Source of the DNA: Octopus sinensis
Lineage: Eukaryota
Reading direction: 5' to 3'
Assembly: GCF_006345805.1 (NCBI RefSeq)
Contig: NC_042998.1
Span: 16,988,001 to 17,052,000, forward strand
Length of the DNA stretch: 64,000 bases
Below, piece after piece: positions 52,318 through 64,000 of this stretch. The notes under the pieces were generated by a model that was not told the origin of the DNA, searched no databases, and saw only the letters and a program-made list of their open reading frames with translations. Position 1 is the stretch's first letter, and every line of letters starts with the position of its first letter. A program made the position numbers and the translations under genes.

Positions 52318-55300
52318 GGAAGAGCGCCAGCCTTGAGAGCGGCTGGACGTGTTCCTCACTGCTCTGACAGTTCGGTGGCTGAAAGCCATAGAAACACTAA
52401 TATGGGCCAGTTTAGCAACGGGGAAAAATAAGTCTCAAAGACTGGAACATCTACAATACCTCGTGAGTATTTAAAATTCTCTTCAAAGTGGGTTAAGAAA
52501 TTTACAAATTTACATATCTGCAGCTTTCAATCATACATTCGACCAGCTTTAAAAACTTTGATACCCACAATTGCCTCTGTAAACATCCTTTTTTTTTCTT
52601 TTTTCTTCTCTCTAAAAACATCACGCTTTTCCTTTTTTTTTCTTTTTGTGGACTTACAAAACCCTAAAACTTTCTATGAAAATCTGACTTTCCTTTGCTT
52701 CCTCTCTGAATATTCAAATATAAATGTAAACATATATTTTTTATTGTAAAAACACACCTGTTCTTCTAACTGGACATACAAACATATCTAGAAAAGTCAA
52801 CTTCAACCTCCACAATATTACCTTACAGGAAATATACAAACACTTTTTATTGCAATAACACAAACGCACATGAAAAAAAAAAAATGATGATGCTACGATT
52901 CTCTCTGGTCGAACACAACTTCTCTATTCACAAACAATACAGAACAGCCCTTCCTTAATTTTTTCTTAAGCCTAATAGTAGTAAACATCTGAACTTTTTT
53001 TGACCGATAGGACCGCACCTAAAAAAAAAAAAAAAAAAAAAAAGGCAGTCAGCCAGCCAACCACCAAGCCAGCCAACGAGACAGACAGACACTACTGTGA
53101 TGGTGATAATGATAAAAAAACAAAAATAACAATAATAAGATACTGCTGTGACTACACATAAAACAATATCATTGATGATGATGGTGGTGATGGTGATGGT
53201 GATGATGATAATGATGATGGTAATGGTGGTGATAATGATGACAGTGATGGTAATGGTGATGATAATAACAATAATAAGCCGACTACGGCTGCTATAATAG
53301 TACGATTATAATTGTAACGGCAATGATGGCCGTCTCCCCGCGAGCCAATCAAAGCTAAAAAATGATAACATTATCGTAGCACCAAAATGTTTTTGGAAAC
53401 TAAAAGGAAAATTAAATCAGTATACCAATCGCTTGTCCTATGGTTAATCTGGAAGCGCGTCCCCCAGGGAAGAGCCAGCCTGGGATCGAAAAGTCATCAA
53501 CTGGCACAAACTCTTCTCCGAATACGGACATGGATGGTCACTTGAACGGGAAATCCCCCAACTCGAGCCCTCCAAGTTCACCACCACAACCACCACAGAA
53601 AGAAAAATGTAAGCGGAACAAATGGACCCGAGAAGAGTATAAAGAAGTAATATACGCTTATTACTATGCATTAGGTAGGCCATCTCAAGAGAGACACACC
53701 GCAAACTCTTACAGTATATGGAGAACACGGAATCAAGACAGTAGGCCCTATTTGGACGAGAACAAATTAGCAAATGTGAGGAGGGATATCTTTAGAAATA
53801 AAAGACTCACAGACAGTGAAATAAGCGCGATCAAGCACGCAACGGAAAATGACATAAATATAAGACACAGAGGAAACGAAGAATCAGATGAACAGTATAG
53901 CCCGCCACGAGGCTTAATTGAAAGACTGCCATCTGACCAAAGTACGCAAAGGCCTGAAGATACAAGAAATTCTATTGTACCTGTTAAAGATAGCCAGGAA
54001 AACGAAAAAACAACAGTAACTGAAGATCTTGCATTTGCTGAAGAACACAGAGAGTCTATAGCAGAAATGAGGCAGAAAATCCTGAATACGCTTGAAGTTG
54101 TAAGACATACAAGTATGAATGATAGAGAACCGCTTCATAAACTCTCAAATACAAACCAAAATAAAAAACAAATCCAAATTGGCAACTATGTAACAAATGA
54201 AATAATACGAGAATTAAAACCTGATTTTACTGAGTTAAATGAAATTATTTACGCTTCTGCTAGGGCAATTGAAACCAGCTGTATGGAGAAGTAAAATTGA
54301 AAAAGAGATTGAATTTATGAGAGGGGAAATATCAATATTAAATGAACTAATATGTGGAAATGATGTAAGATCCAGAACAGGAAGAAAGATGAAGAGAAAA
54401 TTTGGATCCTCACCAAGAGAAGAACTGATATCAATAAAAGAAACGCTGAAACAAAAAGTCTAAGCAAAAGCCCAAAGAATACGAAGATTTGAGAAGAGAA
54501 ACAAGTTTTACAAGCAAAATAAGCTGTTCACATCCAATGCCAAAAAATTCTACAGAGAAATAGGGAAGGAGAAAGTAACCGTTAAAGAACCCCCTCCCAT
54601 GGAAGAAGTTCAAAACTTTTGGAAAAGGATTTGGAGTGACAAGAAGACGTACAACATAAATGGAGACTGGATTATACAAACCGAAGGATCCTACCAAAAT
54701 TTACAACAACAAGCATGGGAAGACATCACAATAGCAGACCTAAGAAAGGGACTCACGAAGGCCCATAATTGGAAATCCCACGGTAAAGATAGGGTGCCGA
54801 ATTTCTGGCTCGCATCGCTCCCGTGCGCACACGGTAAGCTAGTTCAGCTGCTCAATGGAATTATGAGAGACCCAAAGAAAACACCTGAATGGTTAGCAAG
54901 TGGCATTACTTACCTACTCCCAAAGAATAACGAAACCAACCTTCCTAAAAACTATCGGCCTATAACCTGTCTATCCACCACGTATAAAATCCTAACATCT
55001 ATCCTGGCGGAGAAAACATATGCATTCATGGAGAAGAACGATATTTTCCCCATTGAACAAAAAGGGTGCCGCCGAGGCTCTTACGGATGCAAAGATCAAC
55101 TGCTAATCAATCGTATGATCCTTGAGAACTGTCACAACAAGCGCAGAAATCTCAGCACCGCATGGATTGACTATAAAAAGGCCTTCGACACTATACCGCA
55201 TCCATGGATCTTGAGATCGCTGGACATCTTCAAAATTTCCCCTGTGATTTCAAACTTCCTGAAGCACAATATGTCGTTGTGGAATACGAATCTCCAATTA

Positions 55301-57203
55301 TACCACTCTAATGGAGTACTTGCCTCAGAAAATATAAACATCAACTGTGGAATTTTTCAAGGTGACTCACTTTCACGTTTAATATTCTGCATAGCCCTAA
55401 TACCCCTTACAAGTGAATTAAACAGAACAGGGTATGGGTATAAAATTGCCAATAAAAAAATAAGCCATATATTTTATATGGATGACTTAAAACTTTATGG
55501 TAAAGACAATAATGAACTTGAAGGCCTATTGTGCAACGTGAAATCATTCAGCGATGACATCGGGATGGAGTTTGGACTTGAGAAGTGTGCCAAGGCCACT
55601 TTCCAGAAAGGGAAAGTAAAGACCACAAATTCAGTCGTGTTAGATGTTGACACAGTCATAAGAGAGCTTGAGCAAGAACAAACATACAAATATTTAGGGA
55701 TAAATGAAGGCTCTGGTATTCAGCATGCAAGCATGAAAGAGAAAATCAGGAAGGAATGTTATAGGAGAGTTCGTGCAGTCCTGAAATCTGAACTAAATGC
55801 ACGTAAGAAGGTGTTAGCTATAAATTCCCTAGCAGTTCCAGTTGTTACTTATAGCTACAATGTGTTGAACTGGAATATGAGTGAAGTAAAGAATATAGAT
55901 AGAAAAACACGCAAGCTGCTGAGTTGTAATAGGATGCACCACCCAAAGGCAGACGTAGATCGCCTTTACCTTCCCAGAGCCCAAGGAGGTCGAGGCCTGA
56001 TCCAATTTGAACTAGCTTACAAAACAACCACAATTGGACTGGCCAAATATCTCGAATATCGAATGACTGGATGCTAAAGCTCGTGGAAAATCACGAGAGA
56101 CGAAAGAAGCTTCATTCTATCATCAAGGAAAGCAAAAAATTTGCTATTGATCTCGTGCAGGATACCCAAACTGAACAACCCGAGGGAAGTACGGCAACTA
56201 TTGTTGCAAAGAAGGTGAAAATGATGGCAATGAAAAAAGCGCACGAGCAATTGGCTGATAGGTGGGAGAAGAAACCTCTGCACGGCAAATATGTGACCCG
56301 CAGCAAACAAGCTGATGTTGACCAGAAGCAAACCCATCAGTGGCTGCGGAGCTCAGGGCTAAAAGCAGAGAGCGAAGGTTTCATCCTGGCTGCTCAAGAC
56401 CAAAGCCTATCAACCCGGAACTACCAGGCCAATGTGATGAAAAATGGAGCAGACCCAGAATGCCGATTCTGCAACGACATGATTGAAACAGTGGACCACC
56501 TAATCTCTGGATGTAAAGTCTTAGCACCAGTGGAGTATAAATTAAGACATGACAGAGTTGGCCAATATCTCCACTGGCTAATAAGTCGGCATTACAATAT
56601 CAAAACTGCCGACAAGTGGTATAATCACCACCCTGAGGCTGTAACTGAAGGAGAAAATGTAACCATTCTGTGGGACTATCCAGTACATACAGACCGAACA
56701 TCAAGGCCAATAAACCAGATATTGTTGTGAAAGACCAAAACAATAAAGTTTGCTTATTGATCGACATGAGCATCCCCTGTGATCATAATATCTCAGCGAA
56801 AGAGTTTGACAAGCTCAGAAAATATAAAGACCTACTCATTGAAATTGAGAAAATGTGGCATCTCAAGGCGGTTACAATACCAGTGATCGTAGGAGCACTA
56901 GGAATGATCAAGAAGGGAACCGAAAATTATATGAGAATGATCCCTGGCTTACCATCCCTGCAAGAAGTGCAAAAGATTGTCTTAACTGGTACATCACACG
57001 TATTGAGAAGAGCATTGTCGATGTGAGAACTGTTGCTGCTCATGTATTTTAATTTAACTTTAAAAAAAAAAAAAAAAAATGAACGAACTACTGAGTTTGG
57101 TTTAATGGCCAACCAATATACACTATGAGTTTCTTTGCCCTAGGAGTCGGGAAGACACTCGGCAAGAAATGGAAGAAAATTTGAAAGAAGAAAAAAAAAA
57201 GTA
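52318..57203 (+). mobile_element. Near full-length R4/Dong-clade non-LTR retrotransposon (RT plus restriction-like endonuclease) in (AAT)n
   Basis: About 1.1 kb 5' UTR, N-terminal NKWTREEYKEV motif, RT (AWIDYKKAFD, GIFQGDSLS, FYMDDLKLY), CCHC finger (CRFCNDMIETVDHLISGC) and PD..D endonuclease (KPDIVVKD...IDMSIP). Flanked by (AAT)n on both sides. Confidence 0.93.
53440..57026 (+). pseudogene. Single long ORF of the Dong-like element, broken by about four lesions
   Basis: Frameshift or deletion at about 54285, premature TAA at 54461-54463 (KQKV*AKAQR), and frameshifts at about 56055 and 56700. Confidence 0.88.
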
Positions 57204-57205
57204 AA

Positions 57206-57264
<59 letters not shown>

Positions 57265-59404
57265 GATATCGCAAAGGCTGAACAAGCACCTGGACGAAAA
57301 CAAACTGTTCCGAGACAGCAAAAGGATGCCACAAGGGCTCATATGGCTGTAAAGATCAACTAATGATTAATAAAGCCGTAACTGAAGACAGCCACAGAAA
57401 GAAGAAAGGCCTCAGTATGGCCTGGATTGACTACAAAAGGCGTTTGATAGCATCCCCCACACATGGATCCTCGAAACACTAGCCATTAACAAAAAGTACA
57501 CCAACAATCATAAAATTCATAGAGCACTCTATGAATAAATGGCAAACAGTCCTACACCTCCAAACAAAATAGGGACTCATGAAAACCAAAGACATCCCCA
57601 TTAGAAGAGGAATATTCCAGGGAGACACGCTCTCTCCACTCCTTTTCTGCTTGGCACTGTCACCTCTATCTGATATGCTAAATAGAACTGGATGCGGATA
57701 TAAATGTTACGGCAAAACGATCAGCCACCTTTTATATATGACCTAAAACTATACGCTGCAAATGACAAACAGCTGGAAACACTATTAAAGACAGTTCATG
57801 GATTTACCAAAGAAATAGATATGAAATTTGGATTAGAAAAATGCGCCAAAGTAACCCTGAAAAGAGGAAAACTATTTAAGAGTAACAACATCACACTAGA
57901 TAAAACCAATGAAATAAAAGCCAAACTTACAAATACTTAGGAATCCATGAACTAGATAAGACACAACACACACAAATGAAAGAGAAAATAAAAAAGAATA
58001 TTATAGACGAGTTAGATCAATACTAAAAACAGAGCTCAATGCTAAAACAAGATAATAGGTATCAACACTTTAGCTGTCCCAGTTATAAGTAGGTACAAAC
58101 TTTAGCTTCCCAGTTATAAGTTACAGCTACAATATCCTTAACTGGACACGAAATGAACTGACCAAAATAGATAGGAAACAAGAAGAAAAATACTGACAGG
58201 ATCTAGGATGCATCACCCAAAATCTTACATAGAAAGACTATATTACAACGTATAGAAGGTGGTAGAGGCCTTATACAGCTGGAAAACTACTATAAAATAA
58301 CCACCATAGGACTGCAAAAATATCTACTTCAGAAGGAAGGAAAACTGATCCAGATAGCAGCAAAACACGAGCAAAACAAAAAACTGTTCTCAGTATTTAA
58401 GGAAGCTGACAAATACAAACAAGAAATCATACCACCTAATAAACACAAAGAAGAAGAAGAAGATGATGAAGAAACAACAAAAGCTATAAAACAAATGAAA
58501 TCCAAACTAAAAATAGAACAGCAACGAGCCATGATAAAACGATGGCAAGAAAAGCCCATTCATGGTAAATACTGCACTAAACTAAACGCAAAAGAAATAG
58601 ACAAAGAAAAATCCCAGCAATGGTTGAGAAGCTCAGAAACTCAAAGCAGAAACAGAGGGATTTTTAATTGCAGCACAAGACCAAAGCTCCTCCCCACCAG
58701 AAATTACCAAAAACATGTATGAAAAGAAATATTACAAGTAACTGCAGAATATGTGGAGATGGACAAGAAACAATAAATCATATTATCTCTAGCTGCCCAG
58801 TCCTGGCTAAGAAGGAATATATTCACAGACATGACAGAGTTGGAACCTACATACATTGGAAGCTATGCCAACATTATGGAATAACAACAGAAAAAGATGG
58901 TATAGGCACACACCAGAAAAGGTCACAGAAAACGAGAAGCAACCATACTCTGGGATATGCCGATACACACAGATAGAGAAATTAAGGCCAACAGACCAGA
59001 TATAGTTGTCAGAGATCATGAAGAAAAAAAATGCTTTCTAATTGATGTATCAATACCGGCAGATGACAACGTGTCTCTAAAAGAAATGGAGAAACTCTCA
59101 AATACAAAGACTGGAAATAGAGATAACTAGAATGTGGAACCTGAAAACAGAAAACATTCCTATCATAGTAGGTGCATTAGGCATGATAAAAAAATATTCA
59201 GACAATACATAACAAAAACACCAGGACTTACAAACACATATAACATACAGAAAATTGCACTACTAGGCACTGCACACATCCTACGCAGAACACTTTCCAT
59301 ACAATAACCATCAGAGCATCACAACAAATCACAGCACATACCCAAGGCACACAGAGCTGCGCTCGGTAGTGAAGTGAAAGCACGCTATAAAAATAAAACT
59401 ACTG
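57265..59404 (+). mobile_element. 5'-truncated R4/Dong-like element of a second family (B)
   Basis: GCKDQLMINK, SMAWIDY, GIFQGDTLSPL, CRICGDGQETINHIISSCP, RPDIVVRD...FLIDVSIP. Many 1-nt deletions. (AAT)n on both sides. Confidence 0.9.
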
Positions 59405-59439
59405 AATAATAATAATAATAATAATAATGATGATAATAA

Positions 59440-59526
<87 letters not shown>

Positions 59527-59528
<2 letters not shown>

Positions 59529-59612
59529 AGTGCAGTAGTTCGGTATGATGCTGGAATACTGAAGAGGACAAAAGAAGAGCTAAAGGAGGAGGACAGGAAG
59601 TCAAGAAATCTC
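59527..59612 (+). mobile_element. Short internal fragment of a further Dong-like family
   Basis: Translates AVVRYDAGILKRTKEELKEEDRKSRNL, homologous to the VPVVTYSYNVLNWN...IDRKTRKLL region. Starts directly after (AAT)n. Confidence 0.55.
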
Positions 59613-61669
59613 CAAGCGAAATTTGAGAAAACTGTTTCAATATGATTGTCCCCATTCTGTCAATGACTTCGATATCAGAAGGCACCCCTCTCCATTTACA
59701 GGACTCTGTTGACAAATTTCTCAAACTTTTAGTAATCGTGTCTCTGCTTTTCTACAAAAGTAGTTGTTGTAGTTATTGAGCTGATTTTGCCTCATATTGT
59801 TGCTGTTGTTGAAAATGTTATAGTCCTATTTGCTGCTTCTCCTGCTTCTTTTCATGATGCTGTAGTTATTGCTGGTTGTGCTGTTTCAACTTTCTTTTCA
59901 TTTGTCTTTGTCAGCGTTGTGTCAGTTTCTGTGATTACTTTTACATTCCGCTTGTTCATTTTGCAACCATTGCATAAGATTTTGTTGTTGTTAATGAGGT
60001 GCTAGCGGAGATTTGTGTGGTCATTCATGTTTTCTTTCTTCGTGGTCTCAGATATTTGTGCTTGGGAGTTCATCCTTTCGTTAACGTCCTTCTACACTCC
60101 TTTTTATTTAGCGACCTTTCCACACTCTGCTAAATTCGGGACGCTATCTGGACTTCTCTTTCATCTTGCTTATTCGAATTATCGGAGGTTATGTAGGTTA
60201 GTCTATCTTCCTGGCGTTCGTTCATACTTTTGCTCGAGATAGTTTCGTTTCTATATGAGCTCTTTTGTATAAGCGCTACCTACAAGATGGTTATAGTTAA
60301 TGATTTCCGCTCTTGCTGTTTATGGCAGGTGCTACTTCTGCCACTTCTGTGGTTGCAGCAAATTGAATTCTGCAAGCCTTTTAGCTATCATACGCTCTCG
60401 TGTGGGAAACAAAGCTCTATGTGGTTTTTCAATTTTTTTTTTGTTCTTTTTCATCTTAAATATATGAATATTCTTCGCATTACGAGCATTCAAATTCCCA
60501 CATACACTTCGAACCAGAAATATTCCCAGATACCAAAAACCATCAAATGTATGATTGATAGTATCGTCATAGAGAGCAATTCTCATTGAGAAGTACAAGT
60601 TTGGTCACTCAAGGCAAATAACTATACCATTCTTCATTGTACGCTTTCGAAAATGACCCTACGGACCAAAATACGGACGTCTACATCCTTATGTATATAG
60701 AGGTCAACAATCGAAGCTATCTAGTCAAAAATCCGCTACGAAGATTTACTCTGACCATGTATTTAATATATCTCCCTGATGAATCTCTTCTGTACATTCC
60801 CTAGAAGACATCCAGGAATTTACCCTTACTGAATATGAATTAACACCGAATGATTAATATACAAAATACAATGACCAATCACATCAACACATATTTGTCT
60901 GATCACAAACTAAATTGTCAATCAATCCGATCGCAGACCACATTATAAGCCTGGGTATGAGTTGAATGCAAAGCTCAGATTCTGTTGATAACAGCTTCGA
61001 GAAAAGAAATCTGACCACCTATCATATTTAATGTGGTCTCTCTCGGGAACAATGGGGATGAACCCAGTGAATATCTATACAAACCACGGAGTGCGAAGCT
61101 AAAATATGTGAAAAGTCAACCGAGTATATGTGCATCGCTTGTGTTGTACTTACGACATTGAAGCACCCTAGAATCGATACATATATTGCACAGCTTCGTA
61201 CAAAATTATATCTCTAAATAAATTCCCAAGAGATTCAAATATTCATAGTGTCGAACTTATCTCAGTGGAACCGTGAGCAGATACGTATCAATATTTCTAG
61301 AGAGGACAGTAAGAGTAGTGAGGTCTCGAAGCCGTCGAAACAGGCAGCAAAACTACGTGATGACGCGGAAGGTGTATTGCAACAAAAATGGGCTCGGCAA
61401 AGTTATGACAGAAGGCAGAGACGAAGTGGGTGAGAAGATGTGAAGAGAAAAAAAATATAAGAGAACGAGAAAAATCCATTAGTACAGCTCTGCTTGGCGT
61501 ACGCGTCAGCATCTATTGCGGGGGTACTATTGATAACGTTTCTTCAAAAAGAATAGAAAATAGACATCTTTTGTTCTATCAAATCGCACTCAATTACAGG
61601 TGATGGGCTGGGCTAGAAAGAGGCAGACGATATATACACACCAACACAAACACACACATATATATAATA

Positions 61670-61701
<32 letters not shown>

Positions 61702-61914
61702 TAATATATATGTATGTATATATATATGTATATGATATATATCTATATATATATATATTCATTATAATATATATATATATAACATTTTTTTTATATATAC
61801 ATTATATATATTATACATTAGTTATACATATATATATATAGACACAAACACACACGAACGTACACCACACATATAAGTATATATGTATATATATACAACC
61901 AATATATAAATTTA

Positions 61915-62264
61915 GCAGAGACACCACCGCGCATGTTGCATGCAGGTATGTGTGTATATATGTGTTGTGTGTGTTCCCGATTAGAACGAAACACAAAACA
62001 CACACAAACACACACACCCAACAAAACACACACACACACACACAAATACATTAATAAACACTAAGCAAATTTCGTTATATATAAGATCGAGTAGACAGAC
62101 ACACACGCGCATGTGTGCATGCATGTATGTGTTTATATATGTGTTTGTGTGTGTACGATTTAGAACGCAAACACAAACACACAGAAACACACACACACAC
62201 ACAAAACACACACACACAAAATACATTAATAAACACTAGCAAATTTCGTTGTATAAAGATCGAG
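61915..62264. repeat. Indel-rich tandem duplication of about 175 bp of CA/TG-rich sequence
   Basis: CGCGCATG...TAGAACG.AAACACA...AATACATTAATAAACACTA.GCAAATTTCGTT.TATA.AAGATCGAGTA occurs twice. Confidence 0.8.
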
Positions 62265-62639
62265 TACTTCTTATCCGCAATGCTCAAAGGACAGATCAAG
62301 ACTGTAATGATGCAAAGCAAGCCATCGAAGACTATTGCCATGTAGATCAATCGATCTGTTGAAACAGGCAGACAGAACGAATTAGTTCCGACAGTCAATC
62401 ACAATAAATGATTATCAATCACAGAATCAGTGGACTGACTTATCTTTGCTTCTAGAATTATCAATGTTTGATAATTTATAGAAGAAAGGAAAATGGCATA
62501 AACATTGTTCAATATACTTCGATTCATCCCAGCGTCTATATATTGATTTTTATCTGTTCGCATTTCTTCGTATTCATTTACTTGAATGTTTGTTTAGATA
62601 TACAGATATAAGTATCTGCGTATATATATATATATGTGT

Positions 62640-62806
62640 GTGTGTATAAACATACTCACACATACACCACACATATAATATATATCATATTATTATATAA
62701 TCATATATATATATATATAATCATATATATATATATAATAATTCATATATATATATATATATAATCATATATATATATATATATATAATCATATATATAT
62801 ATATAT

Positions 62807-62877
<71 letters not shown>

Positions 62878-62905
62878 TAGATATAGGTATATATACATAC
62901 ATATA
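62640..62905. repeat. Compound (TA)n/(TAGA)n microsatellite
   Basis: Direct inspection. Confidence 0.95.
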
Positions 62906-64000
62906 CACATATACACACATGTAGCTTTGTGTGTGAAAGAATGTATTTATATACTTTATAGATAAATCAAAGAATATGTAACTCAAATATATATTTTCTC
63001 TTAACGGTTGTTTGGAATTTAGTATCTTTCGTTATCGTTTATGTGCGTTAGTTTAAGCACAACACACACGCGTACACCCGAGATACATGTACATAAGCAC
63101 AGACGCGCACACACACATATATAAGCAAGAGATGTAATGAATAAATCATTTTACATAATCTTTTGGTTATGTATATATATATGCGTATGTATATTAGTCG
63201 AAACTGTTTTAGCCTGCTTATATATGTGTGCGGACAATTAGCTATGTGCATTCATTATAGAAAATGATTAGTAGTATGTAAAACAGTAAAAGTGTTTAAT
63301 CTAAAGTATGTGCTTAAATGAATGTATAGAAACGGTAGAGAATATGATGAATATAATGTGCAATTCATAGAGAATAGCCTCCACTCTTTGTAGACGTTGA
63401 CTATGTGTTCGTCTCCAGCGCTTTCCTTGTGTTTTCTTTCAATATTCTTTTATAATATATTCGACAAAATTTACATTCAAAATCTTGTGTAATTTTTGCA
63501 ACCCGTACGTGTTAGAAATCACTAAGACCATATAAATGAGGATAAAATATTTCATTAAGTTAAGAATATTCAATAAACAATAAGTGATATATCGTTCGGA
63601 TTAACGTTATATTTTTCTTACTTTATAAAAATATTAAAAATATCTTAAATATCTGAACTATCTAAAACATATCTTTTTATATATATATATATATATACAT
63701 AAAGTTAAAATGGTGTTGAAACACTTTATATTAAGTAACAGTACATAGATATTTCAGAATCGTTGGATTTGTTTTTCTATCGATTAAGATGAACTTAAAC
63801 AAATATGATTATGTTGCAATAATTGAATTACACAATGGTGCCAATTTTCAGAACAAGCATGGTAGATTAGATTGTATTTCAACTTATATACCTCATAGGG
63901 TAATTGCACATAAAATATTCAATCTATATTTATTGTATATAGTCATAGTGACCTTTTGGATTATTGAACACAGCCATACCAGTTGGTTTGTATGTCAACA

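Noticed and set aside
52318-52415. HDV-like ribozyme at the 5' end of the Dong-like element
   Set aside because: GAGCG/TGCTC pairing, GTG-TTCCT-CAC and two hairpins are present, but I could not form P2 or P1.1, and the first G has no partner.

Overview
AT-rich, microsatellite-dense animal DNA with no recognisable host gene. The SINE families, the compound (TA)n/(TATG)n/(AAT)n repeats and the transposon relics look like an octopus-type (cephalopod) genome; this is inferred from recognising the repeats, not from a database search. Contents: (i) several tRNA-derived SINE families; (ii) four Tc1/mariner relics and Helitron-like non-autonomous elements; (iii) a GC-rich, 5'-truncated RTE LINE with an uninterrupted ORF; (iv) a 12-kb head-to-tail cluster of R4/Dong-like non-LTR elements sitting in (AAT)n tracts (about 47.4-59.6 kb), which includes a triplicated ~0.95-kb unit; (v) several hammerhead-ribozyme motifs, one complete and canonical and three with a compensatory G3:C8 core swap. 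The most striking observation is two diverged ~2.1-2.2-kb elements (24976-27054 and 39988-42209). Each encodes only a gag/ORF1-like zinc-knuckle protein with no RT, and each is inserted at the same nucleotide inside the tRNA-derived head of the same SINE family, with 15-17-bp target-site duplications. Empty copies of that SINE site occur elsewhere in the window. Together this points to a non-autonomous, site-specific, SINE-targeting L1/Tx1-like retroelement family. Coordinates were counted by hand and may be off by a few bases.
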